Below are positions 31,974-45,010 of a stretch of DNA of 64,000 bases, in pieces. Numbering within the stretch: position 1 is the stretch's first letter; each line of letters starts with the position of its first letter. This DNA is from Dysidea avara. Taxonomy: Eukaryota. The position numbers were made by a program, and so were the translations under genes. Under the pieces are notes generated by a model. The model was given only the letters and a program-made list of their open reading frames with translations. It searched no databases and was not told where the DNA came from. The stretch covers positions 6,672,531 through 6,736,530 of the forward strand of contig NC_089278.1 in NCBI RefSeq assembly GCF_963678975.1, in the 5' to 3' direction.

Positions 31974-34900
31974 ATGAGTGGGCAGCGCAAGGAGAACCCG
32001 TTACTGAAGAGTTCGTATTCCGCAAGAATAGACACGAAGAGTAGTTTACTGACTACCAGTACAACTATTGTCAGCAAGAAACCTAAAACTAATGCAGAAC
32101 TGACAACGCACGTGACCGAAGACAGCAAACGCCTGGTAGGGTTTTCGTCTCAGTTATCAGATAAACCGAAGGCAATTAGCACTCCATCCGTCAAGCTCGT
32201 TGGAACAGCCCCTAAGCTTTCTGACAAGTATGTACTCAGTACGAAATTGATCCGGAAGCCTGTCGAGTCGAGCACACGTGAACTGACGACAGGTCCCAAG
32301 AGCGAAGTAACCACCAAACCAGCCCAGCCAAGCAAGTTGAAGACCACACAGCTACAAACCAAGTCTCTGGTGCTATCAGCATCAAAGTCTGGCCTGTTGA
32401 CCTCAAGGAAATTAACCACTTCATCCTTGCTGACGTCGTCCAAGGTACCTCTGTCCAGTCATGCAGCCAGCGTAGGTGGTAGCAGCAGCTTTTTGAGCAG
32501 TTCCCATGCTATTTCGTCAACTAGAACCAGTGTGAAGCCTAGTCCACTGAAGAGTCAACCACTAACCAGCAAAACCTCACAGTTATCTGTTAAGTCAAGT
32601 GTGCAGAGATCTCGACTGGGAGCTTTAAAGGATGACATTGATGGCTCTGCAGCAGTAGCCCCTCATTATGACCTGAAACTGGAGACAGCCAGGAGTAACG
32701 AGGAAGATGACACTGCAACATTCTTGCCACCAGAGCTGGACCCTTCCATCCTGGATCAAGCCACACCCACTATTAATGTTCTACAGGTAAGGTTATCATG
32801 GCGTACTGTTTGTGTAGTAACTGATATATTGTAGGTGAAGTACAACTTGGTTAATTGTGTGGCTGCATCACTGCTAAAACAGCCTGATTTTCAGGACTCC
32901 AAAAATGCTGCTCGGGTTCTGCTACATGAACTGGCCAGTAATGTTGCTAAGTTTGATCCAGAGTTTGTTGTGAAGGTTGCACTGTACACAAGATGTGATC
33001 TGAACATACGAACCACTGCAAATTTTCTACTTGCACTTGCTGCAAACCAACAAGGTTGTCGTCCTTTCATCAAGAAGTACTACGCAGCAGCTATTCGTCT
33101 GCCATCTGATTGGATAGAAGTTGCTGAGATATACACAAGTTTTCATGATCAAAATCTCAACTTTGGTTCACTGCCAACATCGCTTCGTAAAGTTATGATT
33201 GACAAATTTACTGCATTTGATCGGTATCAGCTAGCCAAGTACAATAAAGATGCTAAGAAGTTTAACAAAGGAAAGCAGAGTACACAAGGAAAGCAGAGTA
33301 CACAGGCTAAGCAGCAGAAAGACAAGAAGGAGAAAGATGACACAGACTCAGACAGTTCTATAGTTAGTGATGATAAGAGTGAGACTGAAGAAGAGCTGGA
33401 ACGTAAGAGTTTTACCCTCAAGCAGTTGATAAGAAAACTGCACATCTTTGAACCAGCGGAGGCTGTTATGGGTCTGATTGGTAAGAAATATCCTGAGGAT
33501 AGGGAAGCATTTCGACGTAGCAAACTCCAGGGTGTGTGGGACCAAGACAGAGCAGGAAAGAGAATGAAACTACCTACCCCAGAGACGTGGGAAACTCAAG
33601 TGTCGTCAAAAGGAAACAAGGCGTCTACTTGGGAGGAATTAATTGATCACAGAAAGCTTCCATTTATGGCAATGCTACGTAATTTGCGTAACTTAATTTT
33701 AGCTGGAGTTTCAGAGAAACATCACAAGTGGGCACTGAAGAAGTTGACTGATGAGGGAGCAGTTATCTATAGTAAGCAGTTTCCATTTCGTTTTTTTTCT
33801 GCTTATGAGGTACTGAACGAGCTGGAAAAGGCCAAAAAAGAGGGAGTGGGAGGACAAACACAGAAGGGCAGACAGCAGAAGAAAATGAGCAAAAGTGCTC
33901 TAGAGAAATATCAAAAAAAGATAGCCAGTTTAGATGTCACTCTTCTTGGCAGATACCGCAAGGCACTGGATACTGCCCTGAAGATTTCTACCTGTTACAA
34001 CGTCAAGCCGATAGCTGGATCAACCCTAATAATCTGTTACCTTGACACAAGCACTAATGCCCCATGCACATCTGCCAGGGGACTAGGAAAACCACGCACT
34101 ATCCGGGAGGTGATTGTCTTGCTGGCTCTCATGTGCAAGTATGCTTGTGAACACTCCGTACTACTGTTGTGTGGACCAAAGGGGCACCCTGTAGAGGTGG
34201 AACTTGAGGATGGCACTATTCTACAAAACATGGAGAGGATTCTACAGCAACCAGTGGCTACACCTACAGTTGTTACGACAGACAAGAATCTCCCAATGAG
34301 TCATCTTCGTCAATTGATTTATTCACAGACACATGTGGATAGTTTAATTCTACTGCAAGGCTCTGGAAATGATGCCAATTCAAAGGCTGAAAAGGACATG
34401 ATGAAATTCCTCCAGAATTACCGGCGCTTTGTTAATCCTGATCTGTTGTATGTTGACGTTGATGTTAGTGGTAGTAGTCAAGCTGACCCTGCCAGCCCTC
34501 AGTCTGCACGGCACCGTAATGATGTACACTTGTCGGGCTTTAGTGACAACATCCTTCGCTTCATAGCTGAACGTGGTGGTACTGGACAAATGACATATAT
34601 TGAGAATATTGATAAGGCATACAGTCTCAGAGAAGTGAAGGGCATTGGTCTTGCTTCCACCGCTGACATTGTACCATCACTGAGTCCAGAGAAGGCTCTC
34701 CTTACAGCAGGCCAGCCAAAGATATGGCGAACAGTACGTGTGTTTATCTCCTCCACTTTCAGAGACATGCATGGTGAACGAGACCTCCTGACTAGATTTG
34801 TGTTTCCTGAGCTGCGGGCACGTGCTCACTCCAGGTGTATTCAGATATATGAGGCTGATCTGCGTTGGGGTGTTACTGAGGAAGATGCTCGAAGTGCTCG

Positions 34901-37900
34901 TGCACTGGAGATATGTCTGGGGGAGATCAGTCGGTCTCACTACTTCATTGGAATGTTGGGCCAGCGATATGGTTGGGTGCAGGATGAGTACATGGTGCCA
35001 GATCTTGTGGAGTATGACTGGATCAGAGAGTACCCAAACCGTCGGTCCATCACTGAACTTGAGATGTACCATGCTGCACTAGCTGATCCTGACAAGGCCA
35101 TGAACAAGGCTTTCTTCTTTTTTCGAGACAAAGCATTTCTGTCAGAAGTACCAGAGGAGCACATTGGGTCTTTTGTCAGTTCCACATATGAAGATGAGTG
35201 CAAGATTGAAGCACTGAAGAGTAATATACGTGAGAGTGGCTTGGAGGTGTATGACAAGTATCCAGCACGATGGTTTGGAGTTGCTGAGGGTAAACCAATG
35301 GCAGGTGGTCTGGAAGACTTTGGCTATCGTGTACTGAATGTTTTATGGAACAGAATCCAGAAGGATTTCCCACTAGATGACCCCAATAGAGATGTGATGG
35401 TTGAAGCCAACAATTTACATATGGCCACTATGGAGTCTTTGTCTGAGACATTTGTTGGGCGTCGAGAACTCTTGCAGCAAGCAATGACTGTCCTGCGGTC
35501 TAATAAGCATCGGGCATTAGTTGGCTGTGGTAAATCGGGTTCTGGTAAGTCTGCATTCATGGCTGCACTGGCACAGATGTATATTGAATCACTGACTGTT
35601 AAGATGACTGATCTTATTATTCCTCACTTTATCGGTGCCGCTCCTGACTCTGGAAACATTTCAGCAATCCTAACACGACTATGTCATGAAATGAAACGAC
35701 GCTTTAAAATCAAACTAGATGTGCCAGATAATTATGCAGACCTTGTTTTGGACTGGCCAGAATTTCTCTCAGCAAGTTCTACCAATGTTGGTCCCAGCAC
35801 TCAAATAGTTATTCTCATTGATGGGCTAGACCTGCTAGAGAACAAACATGGAGCCTTGTCCATGGAATGGCTACCAAGTGAAGCAGACATTCCAAGTAAT
35901 ATTGTGATCATGCTCAGTTGTCGGGAAGGACAAGTAGCTCACTCAGTTCTGATGAAACGTCAACCTGTTCCACACCAGATCACTATTGGTGCTTTGAATG
36001 TGTATGACAAGGCAGAAATGGTGCGACGGTCACTTTCTAAGCATAGGAAAACTCTTGATGAGTCACCATTTGGTAACCAAATGAAATTGCTGCTTAGCAA
36101 GAAGGAAGCTACTAATCCTTTGTACTTGTATTTGGCTTGTGAGGAATTGAGAATGTTTGGTGTGTTTGAAGAAGTTACTATGAGAATTAAAAGTATGTCC
36201 CCAACTATTACTGGGCTACTGCAGGAGATTTTAGGACGACTGGAAGGGGAACATGGAGCTGAACTGGTTACAGCTGCTATGTCGTTCATAGCCATTGCCA
36301 GAGATGGACTACAGGAGGGAGAACTGTCAGCATTGCTTGCCATGTATCAGGTTGCACCTCAACTTGGATCAGTGATCACTCCAGGAGCACAGTACAAACT
36401 ACCACCTGTAATGATTGCTCGTCTCTTCAGAAGTATTCAGAACTACCTGCAACAGAGCAACCAAGAAAAGTCGGACTTGTTGATGTTTTCTCACCAGGAT
36501 GTTCAGAAAGCTGTACTTACAAGATACGTGAAGGGTACAAACAGTGATTTAGAGAAGCAATTACACAACTTGCTGGTGGCTTATTTCAAGTCAGAAGCTG
36601 ATCCCAGAAATAATGGCTCTTTCACTGGGAAGAACCCAAGGGCATTTGCAGAGCTGCCACATCACATGTATATGGGAGGAATGTGGAAGGAGCTTGAAGT
36701 GATGCTGACTAACATCAATTTTGTTGTATCCAAATGCCGTGTTGGATTGGCTCATCGACTAATTGAGGATTACACTCCACCACTCACTCAACTATCTGCT
36801 GCAAGAACCAGAGAGGTCAAGAAATTCATACAGCTGCCAAAAGTACAAGAGTTTCGATCTTTTGTTTCACGTAATCTTCACATCTTATCCCTCAATCCTT
36901 CATTGGCTCTACAGCAAGCTGTCAATGAGCCTTCATCGTCTTTACTGTCTCTTGAAGCCACCAAGACATTGTCTAGCAGTAGTCATTCCCAACCACTGGT
37001 CTACTGGCAGAACAAGCCAGCTACCTACTCACCTTGTCAACTTACCGTAACTGGTAGCCTACAAACCATCAATTGTGTGGCTATCTCACTGGACCAGGAA
37101 ACAATTGCTTGTGGATCACGTGACTGTACGGTGAAGCTCTACAACATTCAAACCGGACGTGAAACTGGCACCTTTGTTGGCCATGCTGGTCCTATCATGG
37201 GAGTATGCTTTGTGGGTAGCATGCAACTGTGTTCAGCATCACAAGATGGACGACTCAGTCTGTGGGACATCAGGGGGGGTCATCGTATTGAAGTAATGTC
37301 TGGGCACTCTCGTGCAGTGCAACATTGTGCAGCTAGTCAAAATGGCAAGTTGGTAGTATCTGTCTCTCTGGACTGCTCCATCAAAGTTTGGAAAGGAAAT
37401 GATGGTAAACTACAAGCTACATTGCGCACTCAAGGATTCAACAACAAGCCTCTCAACTGTGTTGCTTTTCACCCAGAAGGACAGCTTATTGCTGTGGGTG
37501 GCTGGGACAGTTGTGTAAAGATTTGGGACACATTTAACCAGAAAAGACTCAAGATACTTAGAGGACATCGAACATCAGTACAGACATGTTCATATGCTCA
37601 ATCTGGTCGATACATAGCATCAGCATCACTAGATGGCGAGGTGCGTCTGTGGGCAACCAAGTCTGGTGCCACTGTGGGTACACTGATGGGTCATGCTTCA
37701 TCAGTCACTTGCCTGGCATTCAGTGGAGATGGAGGACTACTGGTAACTGGTTCCAATGACCAAACATTGAAGATGTGGTCCAGTACATTAGGAACACCCA
37801 TTAAGGTGAATCCAGTCAGTGAGGATGGGCCAGTACTGTGTTTGGCTGGACATGCAGGAAGACAGCAGGTTCTGGCGGGTCACCGATCTGGTGCAGTACG

Positions 37901-39941
37901 AGTGCTAGAAGTGAAAACAAGGAAGATGGCCACAGAAACTCCACATGGGTCAATACCTATAACTACTACTTGCTGGGGGCCGAGCAATAATGGCTATTGT
38001 CTGACTGGTGCAGCTGATGGCAGCTTGAAGGTGTGGAAGCCAAACACAAAGAAATATGCTATCCTGAGTGACCACTCTGGTCCGGTGCGATGTAGTGTAT
38101 GGATTCCTACTGTTCTTGCTAGTGGCTCTGAAGATATGACTATAAATATTTGGCCCAGTGCTAGTACCTACTATGACAAGATGAAGAAATCCACTGATCC
38201 TTTGACTGTACAGCCCATCATGACGTTACATGGTCACACTGGTCCAGTTAATGCTCTCGCAATCAACTGTAGTGCTACCTACCTTGCCTCAGCCAGTGTG
38301 GATAGGTCTGTGATTCTGTGGGACACGGTTTCATACAAGAAGCTACACATGTTTGATGCCTGCCATAAGGATTGGATTAATACCTGCACTTTCTCTGATA
38401 ACAATCCTGACCTGTTGGTTACTGGTTCCAATGACTTCACTCTCAAGTTGTGGGATGTTAGTGCTAAAGTGGAGAAGACGACTCTAACAGGACACAGTGC
38501 AGCAGTGACACAGTCCATCTTCCAACAAGGCTGCGTAGTGTCTGCTAGCAGTGATGGTTTGGTGAAGGTGTGGACACACAAAGGAGTGGAGATAACTACT
38601 ATGAGATGTCACAAGCAGAGGGTAAGTGGCTGTGTGCTGTTCCTACCACAAAGAGGTGACACTTCTAGTTGGGCAGACATTGTGGATGAGAAAGAGGAGG
38701 AAGAAGAAACAGCTAAAAAAAGACAAGCGTTTGAATTGAAAGATGCTATCATAGTTACTGGAAGTGATGATGGCTTGATTGGGTTTTGGAGGCCATTTGT
38801 AGCCCACCAGCTGCTGTCATTGAGTGGTCATGCAGATCAGGTGAAAACCCTGGCACTGACTAAAGACAACCACATTGTATCCGCATCTGCTGACAAAACT
38901 ATCAAAGTGTGGAGCCCACCAGTCGAAGAGAGCACACTAACTGAAGCACATCCAGTGACTACCTCCAACCACAGTGGCCCAGTAGTTGACATGAGCATCA
39001 CTTCTGATGGACAACATGTAGCGAGTGTTGGTAGAGATGGGGTGCTGAAAATTTGGGGCAACGTAAGTGATGAAGACACAGCATCGATCACATTTGCAGT
39101 GATCCATGAAGTGATTGTGGGGGAGCAGTCAGAGCCACTAGGAGCCGTGTGTTTCACTGATGACAACACTGTTGCTGTAGCATGTTATGACTGTACTCTT
39201 ACCTTATGGCGTTTCAGCGAAGAGGAGCCATTGAGTAAACTGCGCAAACTGGACATTCAAGAGAAGTGTCCCATCATTAGCCTGAAGCTCAGCATGGAGA
39301 ATAAGTGCTTAGTGGCTGGTTCAGTGTCTGGTATAGTGACAACCGTCCTTCTTGCCACTCAGAGAGAGTTGCACAACAGGAGCTTGCACACTGACTATAT
39401 GAGTGATGCCATTGGCTTCACTAGTGGAAAACTGGCGACTATTGGTCTGGACAACAAGTTAATATTCTGTCAGCCCGATCAGGGACGAGGGATGAAAAGT
39501 GTTGAGATATTTGAAGGTGCCCAAGAGAAAAAAGACCGTTGGCCCACTGTACTCACTGCTATTGGTGGACTACTATTTGTGGCTGACTCTCTGGGATCTG
39601 TGTCCATCAGAAAAGTGAGCAGATATCATGAAGAGAAGGAACCATCATCAAGCTACCGAACTGAAAGTGGAAGGCTGTTACTAGAGAAGAAACTACATGC
39701 CAAGGGTATCACAGCCATTACCACCTTCAGCAGTGAGTTGTTGTTAACTGGTTCTAAAGACTGCTCTATCAAAGTGTGGAAAGTGCTCAACCCCATCCAC
39801 AAAGTGGAACTCAAACAAGTTGGCCAGTTCCATTGCTCATCACCAGTGACCACATTGACAGCCGTTGTTACTTCATCTGGAACACAAATGATCGTGGCTG
39901 GAGATGTCCTTGGACACATCTATCATTTACACTGGAACTAA
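31974..39941 (+). CDS. TEP1: TEP1-like giant protein (telomerase/vault-associated protein 1 architecture). It has an S/T-rich N-terminus, then TROVE, DUF4062, NACHT and many WD40 repeats. Two exons: 31974-32786 and 32835-39941.
   Basis: The two supplied ORFs 31944-32834 and 32835-39941 are in the same frame, separated by one TAG inside a 48-nt GTAAGG...TTGTAG intron (32787-32834). TROVE: NCVAASLLKQPDFQDSKNAARVLLHELASNVAKFDPEFVVKVALYTRCDLNIRTTANFLLALAA (about 32835-34300). DUF4062: VRVFISSTFRDMHGERDLLTRFVFPELRARA (about 34720-35160). NACHT: Walker A VGCGKSGSGKSAFMAAL and Walker B IVILIDGLDLLE (about 35450-36400). WD40 repeats from about 37000 to the end (LWD, VWK and IWD dipeptides recurring about 20 times). 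Confidence 0.85.
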
Positions 39942-40829
39942 ATTAATATAGGTACTAAACAATTAGTTAATAAAGTTGAGTGAAATTTGAAATATATATT
40001 TTATTATGATTATTTATTTATTGTAATTGCATACCTTAAAGACACTATCAGGTCTTCCATCACATTTGCAGGGAATGCATCAAAGTCCTCTACCACCAAC
40101 ACCACTGGCTTATGGTCATGCTTCTCTAGCCTAGGCCTCTTGCTGCTGGCTGAGTCATCTTTCCTTTCATCATGTGCAGTAGTTGCCTGTAGTGAACCTT
40201 TACCTCATAGTGATAACATGTTTATTGTATACCGTTGTTCTCTCTATATGCCAACCAATCAGAATGGACATGGTCAATCTGTGAAGTCTTTTCTGCTGGC
40301 TACTGCTAGACTGTTGATAGGCGTCAATCTGTGATAGAATATTACAGGAGGGTTGGTATAAGTCATGATGGGTATTTCCTGTCGAAGTGGTCAAGATTTT
40401 GCAGTGGCTCATATTAACACCAACTGTTGGTGTCAATATGAGCCAGCTATAGCTATTGACACCTTCTTCACTGCAGCTAACACCCTTCTTGATTTGCACA
40501 CTTTATACAGTTGAAAAAAAAGGGAAGGGTGGGTAGCTGGCAGTGGTAGCTCAATGATAATGAACCTGGTGGTCCTGGGTTGCATTATACATTTTAATGT
40601 ATTTTTTTTTTGTCCAAGTTGGTGTCAATAGTCCTGGCCTAAAATTTTTACTCAGGTGACTCTGCATTAGACAATATAGATTTCTTCTTTGGTGACCTAG
40701 GGAGGAGACCGAACCATTGGTGAATGGTGATAGGATATCTGCATCATGCACCATTTAATTACAAGGGTAATAATAGTAATTCACAATCCATTAAGCACCT
40801 AGTATTCCTTCAAATTCTTAGTATCTACC

Positions 40830-41809
40830 TCATTTGGTGTCCATCCATCCATCAACTGAAGGTGAACTTCCTTCACAATAGCATTCATTCCTACACATAA
40901 ACAAAAACATCAATACATGATGGTGTATAGCTCCATCACCTGAGGCACAGTCATGTGATCTCAGTGACACGATATGAGGCGTCACATCAGCCCCTAGTCT
41001 GGCCCGTAAGTGATGATGGAGCACCTCGTGATCAGGAAGGCTTACACCTGTATAACATACATACCATTTACTATAGAGTATGAAACTTAAAACCATTAAT
41101 AGTACAGGCTAGTATACTCCTCGATTATGATTATTATTATTACTGAGCAGTCAGCCCTGCTGGTGTGCTCAGATTTGTCCAACACAATCCCTGCACCTGA
41201 GTAAGGAGAATTTACTATCTACAATACTGTACCAGCATTGATAGTTGCAGTGGGGATGAAGGTAAGTTGAGGTGGGACAATAGCAGCTGAACAGTGACCA
41301 GATGTAATTGCTATGCTGTTCCATTGTTCTTCTGCTGCACAGACAAAACGAATCACTTGCCCTAGAAGTGTGTCATACTGTTCCTGCAGCAATTCCTGCG
41401 TGAGATGTGAACTGGTGCACTTGTGATCACTAAGGAACTCCCTTACATCTATACACTGCTTTATATGAGCCCACGTGTTGGTGTATGCCTGGTGTCTTAT
41501 TTGGGTGTCTTCTCTGCACTCCCCAGCCAGTGGGTCAAACACGTCAGCTGTCAAGGCAAAAGGTGGGTGCAGTTATAACATGTACATTTCATGATCATGG
41601 TATTGGAGCCTTACAGTCTTGGGAAAATCTCGATGGGGTGCCAGTTTCCGCGGGAAAATACAAACAGCTCTGAAATAAATGGTGCTGTCATAGCTAACTT
41701 CAATCGTATTGCTAATGTACACATTAATATTGTGCAGAAATAAACATCGAACCTGTGTTGAAGACACAGCGATGCTTTCCTCCTGACCATCCTCCGTGCT
41801 TACAGCCAT
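40830..41809 (-). CDS. Small gene of unknown function (3-4 exons), divergent from PMS1 and convergent with the TEP1-like gene.
   Basis: Exon 1 reads MAVSTEDGQEESIAVSSTQ (about 41755-41809). Exon 2 reads ADVFDPLAGECREDTQIRHQAYTNTWAHIKQCIDVREFLSDHKCTSSHLTQELLQEQYDTLLGQVIRFVCAAEEQWNSIAITSGHCSAAIVPP... (41219-41554). A further exon reads GVSLPDHEVLHHHLRARLGADVTPHIVSLRSHDCASGDGAIHHH... (40830-41040). No family was recognised. Confidence 0.35.
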
Positions 41810-41881
41810 TCGTCACTCCATAACTTTTACTTGTGGTATTTTATTTTTATGCTCCAAATAATGAACACCGATCTATAGCTA
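41810..41881. promoter_or_regulatory. Putative bidirectional promoter of about 70 bp, between the unknown gene (minus) and PMS1 (plus).
   Basis: The two start codons are 72 bp apart. The spacer is AT-rich (tttattttta). Confidence 0.35.
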
Positions 41882-44800
41882 ATGCAAAAATTAAATAATC
41901 ACACAGTTCGCCTGTTATCAGGTACGCAGGTGATTACTTCTGTGCATTCCGTTGTCAAAGAGTTGGTGGAGAATTCGCTAGATTCTGGAGCTGTTAATGT
42001 AGAAGTGAATTTGGTAGGGCGATACAAAGACGAATTCGTATGGCATATAGTAAAAGCTACTTTTTACAGGAGAACTACGGGTTGGATAAATTAGAAGTTC
42101 GGGATAATGGCTGTGGAATCTCCAAAGACGAAGCTCCGTATATTGCCAAGTGTCACTACACCTCGAAACTTGCAGACATTTCTGAGCTCGATACTTTGCA
42201 GACATTTGGGTTTCGTGGAGAGGCGCTTAGCTCGTTAGCGACTGTGTCTAACCTTAGTATAGCTACAGCTACCCAGCAGGATGAAGTTGGAATGGTGTAC
42301 ACATTTGACACTGCTGGGGATGTCACATCTAAGAGGCCAATTGCTGCTAGTGTAGGTACTTGTGTTACTGCTACAGACTTGTTTGTCAGTTTGCCAGTAA
42401 GAAGACAGTTCTACAAGAACGTAAAGCAGTGTAGAGATGACTTACGAAGAATTGAACATCTCATGATAGCATTTGGTATTGCACACAACAATGTTAGATT
42501 TGTTCTGCGTCACAGCAAGAATGTGGTCTGGCAGAAAGCTGTTATGTCAACTCTACATTCAAACATGATTGCTGTATTTGGAACCAGTCTTGTGCAGCAG
42601 ATGAAATGTCTGCAGAGCAAGAGGGAACATCAGCATAACAAAGATAGTGATGAGAATGGTGACATCCCAGGTGACAGGTGTACAGAGCTGTGTGGGTATT
42701 TCCCTGTGTGTGGAGCTAACACATCAGAGATCACCAGATCCTCTGCTGAGCGTATGTTTGTGTTTGTCAACAAGAGGAGTGTGGAGATTAAACAAGTCAA
42801 TCAGGTAATGTATACTACAGTATTGCTATCATGATGTACCTCATCTTATAGCTTGTTAGAGACATGTTCAAGTTAGCATACCCTAATCAAGGCAGGAGAT
42901 ACCCTGTAATGTGCCTGTTCATTAAAGTACCTCAGAATGAAGTGGATGTCAACCTGGAGCCTGGAAAACATGCTGTTTTATTGCATCACACAGTAAGTGC
43001 TGTGGTATTGACTCTTATTCGATGATGTCTCCTGCTAGAATGAAATTCTGGACCAATTAGCTAACTTGCTTGGTCAATTATACAAGACAGAAGATCCTGA
43101 AGAGGTTCAAGAACTTACACCAGTGTACCGTCAGAATGAGAACCCTACTCTCCCAAGTAACAATGATCTATCACAATTCAGTGAAAATGCTGTACTGTCT
43201 CCTCCAACTACTGATGATGCTGTGCAGTTATCATGCACTGCAGTGTTGACTAGTGATGACCTGCACACCATACCAATTGCCAGTAGAGACACTTCACCAC
43301 TCACTGTGGATGATTGTGTGGAGCCACGAGATGAACAAGTGGATGCTGTGATAGGAGAAGAAACTGAGGAAAGAACTGAGGACACAGTTCTGCTAACGCC
43401 TGAAGACTCTACTACTGCTACTACTGCTACTACATGTAACAAGGAAAGTGAACAAGGTATTTATGAGACAGGTTTTGTTACACATTGACATTAGTGACAT
43501 GTAAGGTAGTGACATATTACACTGGAGCAGGGGTCAGTGTGTGAACAGACAAGAAATGGAAGTAAGCCATTAGTAGATGGTATTTGACACTTATTGTTAT
43601 AACACTAGCCAGTCAGATTGCTGCACAGAGACACTACCAACAAACCTTGCCATGTAAGGAAAATGAGATAGATTCTTTTGGACTAGTTTACTTTTGTTTT
43701 AGACTGTCCAATCAGTGAAGAAACCAGCTACTTCCTTAAAGCTTACCCGTGAAGGTAATATGTTTACCATATTTGCTACACAAATTACTTTGATGTGTTG
43801 TACAGGTAGTAGGGGTACGAAGAGCAGCAGCATTGGCAGCCATAAAATGGTGCTGTGGTGTTATAATACATGTATGGTGTGTGTTATGCTGTTACTTTTC
43901 ATACAGAAGCTATCTAACTTCTTTGCTAAGATTAGCACCAGTCAGCCTAGCAAGCCACCTGAAGTGATGGTAGATTTCTCTCTGGACAGAACAAAGCAAT
44001 GCTGGGAAGAAGGCTCTTACCTTGCCATTCCAGCTAGTGACAAATTAAGAGTGATTGGTCCAATCCACTATCAACATCAGTGGTTGGTCCTCATACGCAA
44101 AGACATCAGCTTGTTTAATGTTAAACAGTAAATGTTTCTACATGAAGTCTCTGCATGTTTGTTATATTTAGTTAACTACAGAGCCAACCAAGACGCACTC
44201 TACAATAGACTACTGGCTTCCTTTAAACTACCAGTAAGCCCTCTACTGACTGTCATATCAATTAATGAACAGTAAGTAGCAAATGGCTTGTCTGTTGTTA
44301 CCATGCAGTGAATTTGAAGTATTTTAATGTGTGTAGTGTTTGTTATAGTATTGGTTTACTATTGTACACTTTGTGATAAACTGGTGTGGCTTGACTGCCA
44401 TTATTGGACTCCCATACAATTATCCAGTAGTGTAGGAGGGATGGATAACATGTCACTTCTGTCTGCTCTTCAGTCTGAGAGCACTGCTGCCAATGGCAAC
44501 AGGTATGTTACCTTGTGTGACTGCTTTGTCACACTGTCTGCTGCTGCCAATAGATTCTACTCTGATGTAAGATTATTAGCTAACGGCTTCGGTATATCTG
44601 AGAGAATCGGTACCAAGTATAGTTTCTTATCTGCAGTTATGTGTATACTTATTGTACAGTTGATGGGAAGCAGTGCATTGAGTTAGTGTCCCTTCATAAG
44701 TCTCTTGGGATAAATGACTTATTAGAAACCCTAGGTAAGTGTGTGTATTAATTGCTGATATATGTATAATGTCATGAATCTCCAGCACTGATAAGAGAGC

Positions 44801-45010
44801 AGACTTTGGAAAAGGAACTTAGTGATGTTACGTTAAGAGAGTGCAGACCATTATCAGTGCAAAGAATCCTTCAGGTAGGCTATGTTTTATGTTAGGAGTT
44901 AGGTACACTTGTTTCATATAGGAAGAATCAGTTCGGATGTCCAACATTCAACTTAGTACCCTACAAACAGCAGATGTGCTAGAACTAATGCAGCATGCTA
45001 ATTCACAATG
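41882..45010 (+). CDS. PMS1: DNA mismatch repair protein PMS1 (MutL family, GHKL ATPase), at least 8 exons. The 3' end is approximate.
   Basis: Exon 1 reads [44 protein letters not shown] (41882-42030). Exon 2 reads [34 protein letters not shown]...[23 protein letters not shown]...[35 protein letters not shown] (42070-42804). A 46-nt intron follows. Then [46 protein letters not shown]. The C-terminal MutL dimerisation region reads [10 protein letters not shown]...[18 protein letters not shown], then ...[14 protein letters not shown], then [12 protein letters not shown].... The whole is collinear with human PMS1. Confidence 0.85.

Noticed and set aside
31944-32834. The 296-aa S/T-rich ORF called as a separate gene from the 2368-aa ORF that begins at 32835.
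   Set aside because: Both ORFs are in the same frame. The M at 32835 is really GTG (Val). The intervening TAG lies inside a 48-nt GTAAGG...TTGTAG intron, so the two are exons 1 and 2 of one TEP1-like gene. The true ATG is at 31974; the M at 31944 is also a GTG.
32150-36343. Numerous 60-130-aa ORFs on the minus strand inside the TEP1-like CDS (for example 32150-32443, 33227-33523, 34677-35072, 35960-36343, 38837-39169).
   Set aside because: They are antisense shadow ORFs of a long, codon-biased plus-strand CDS. They have no splice or homology support.
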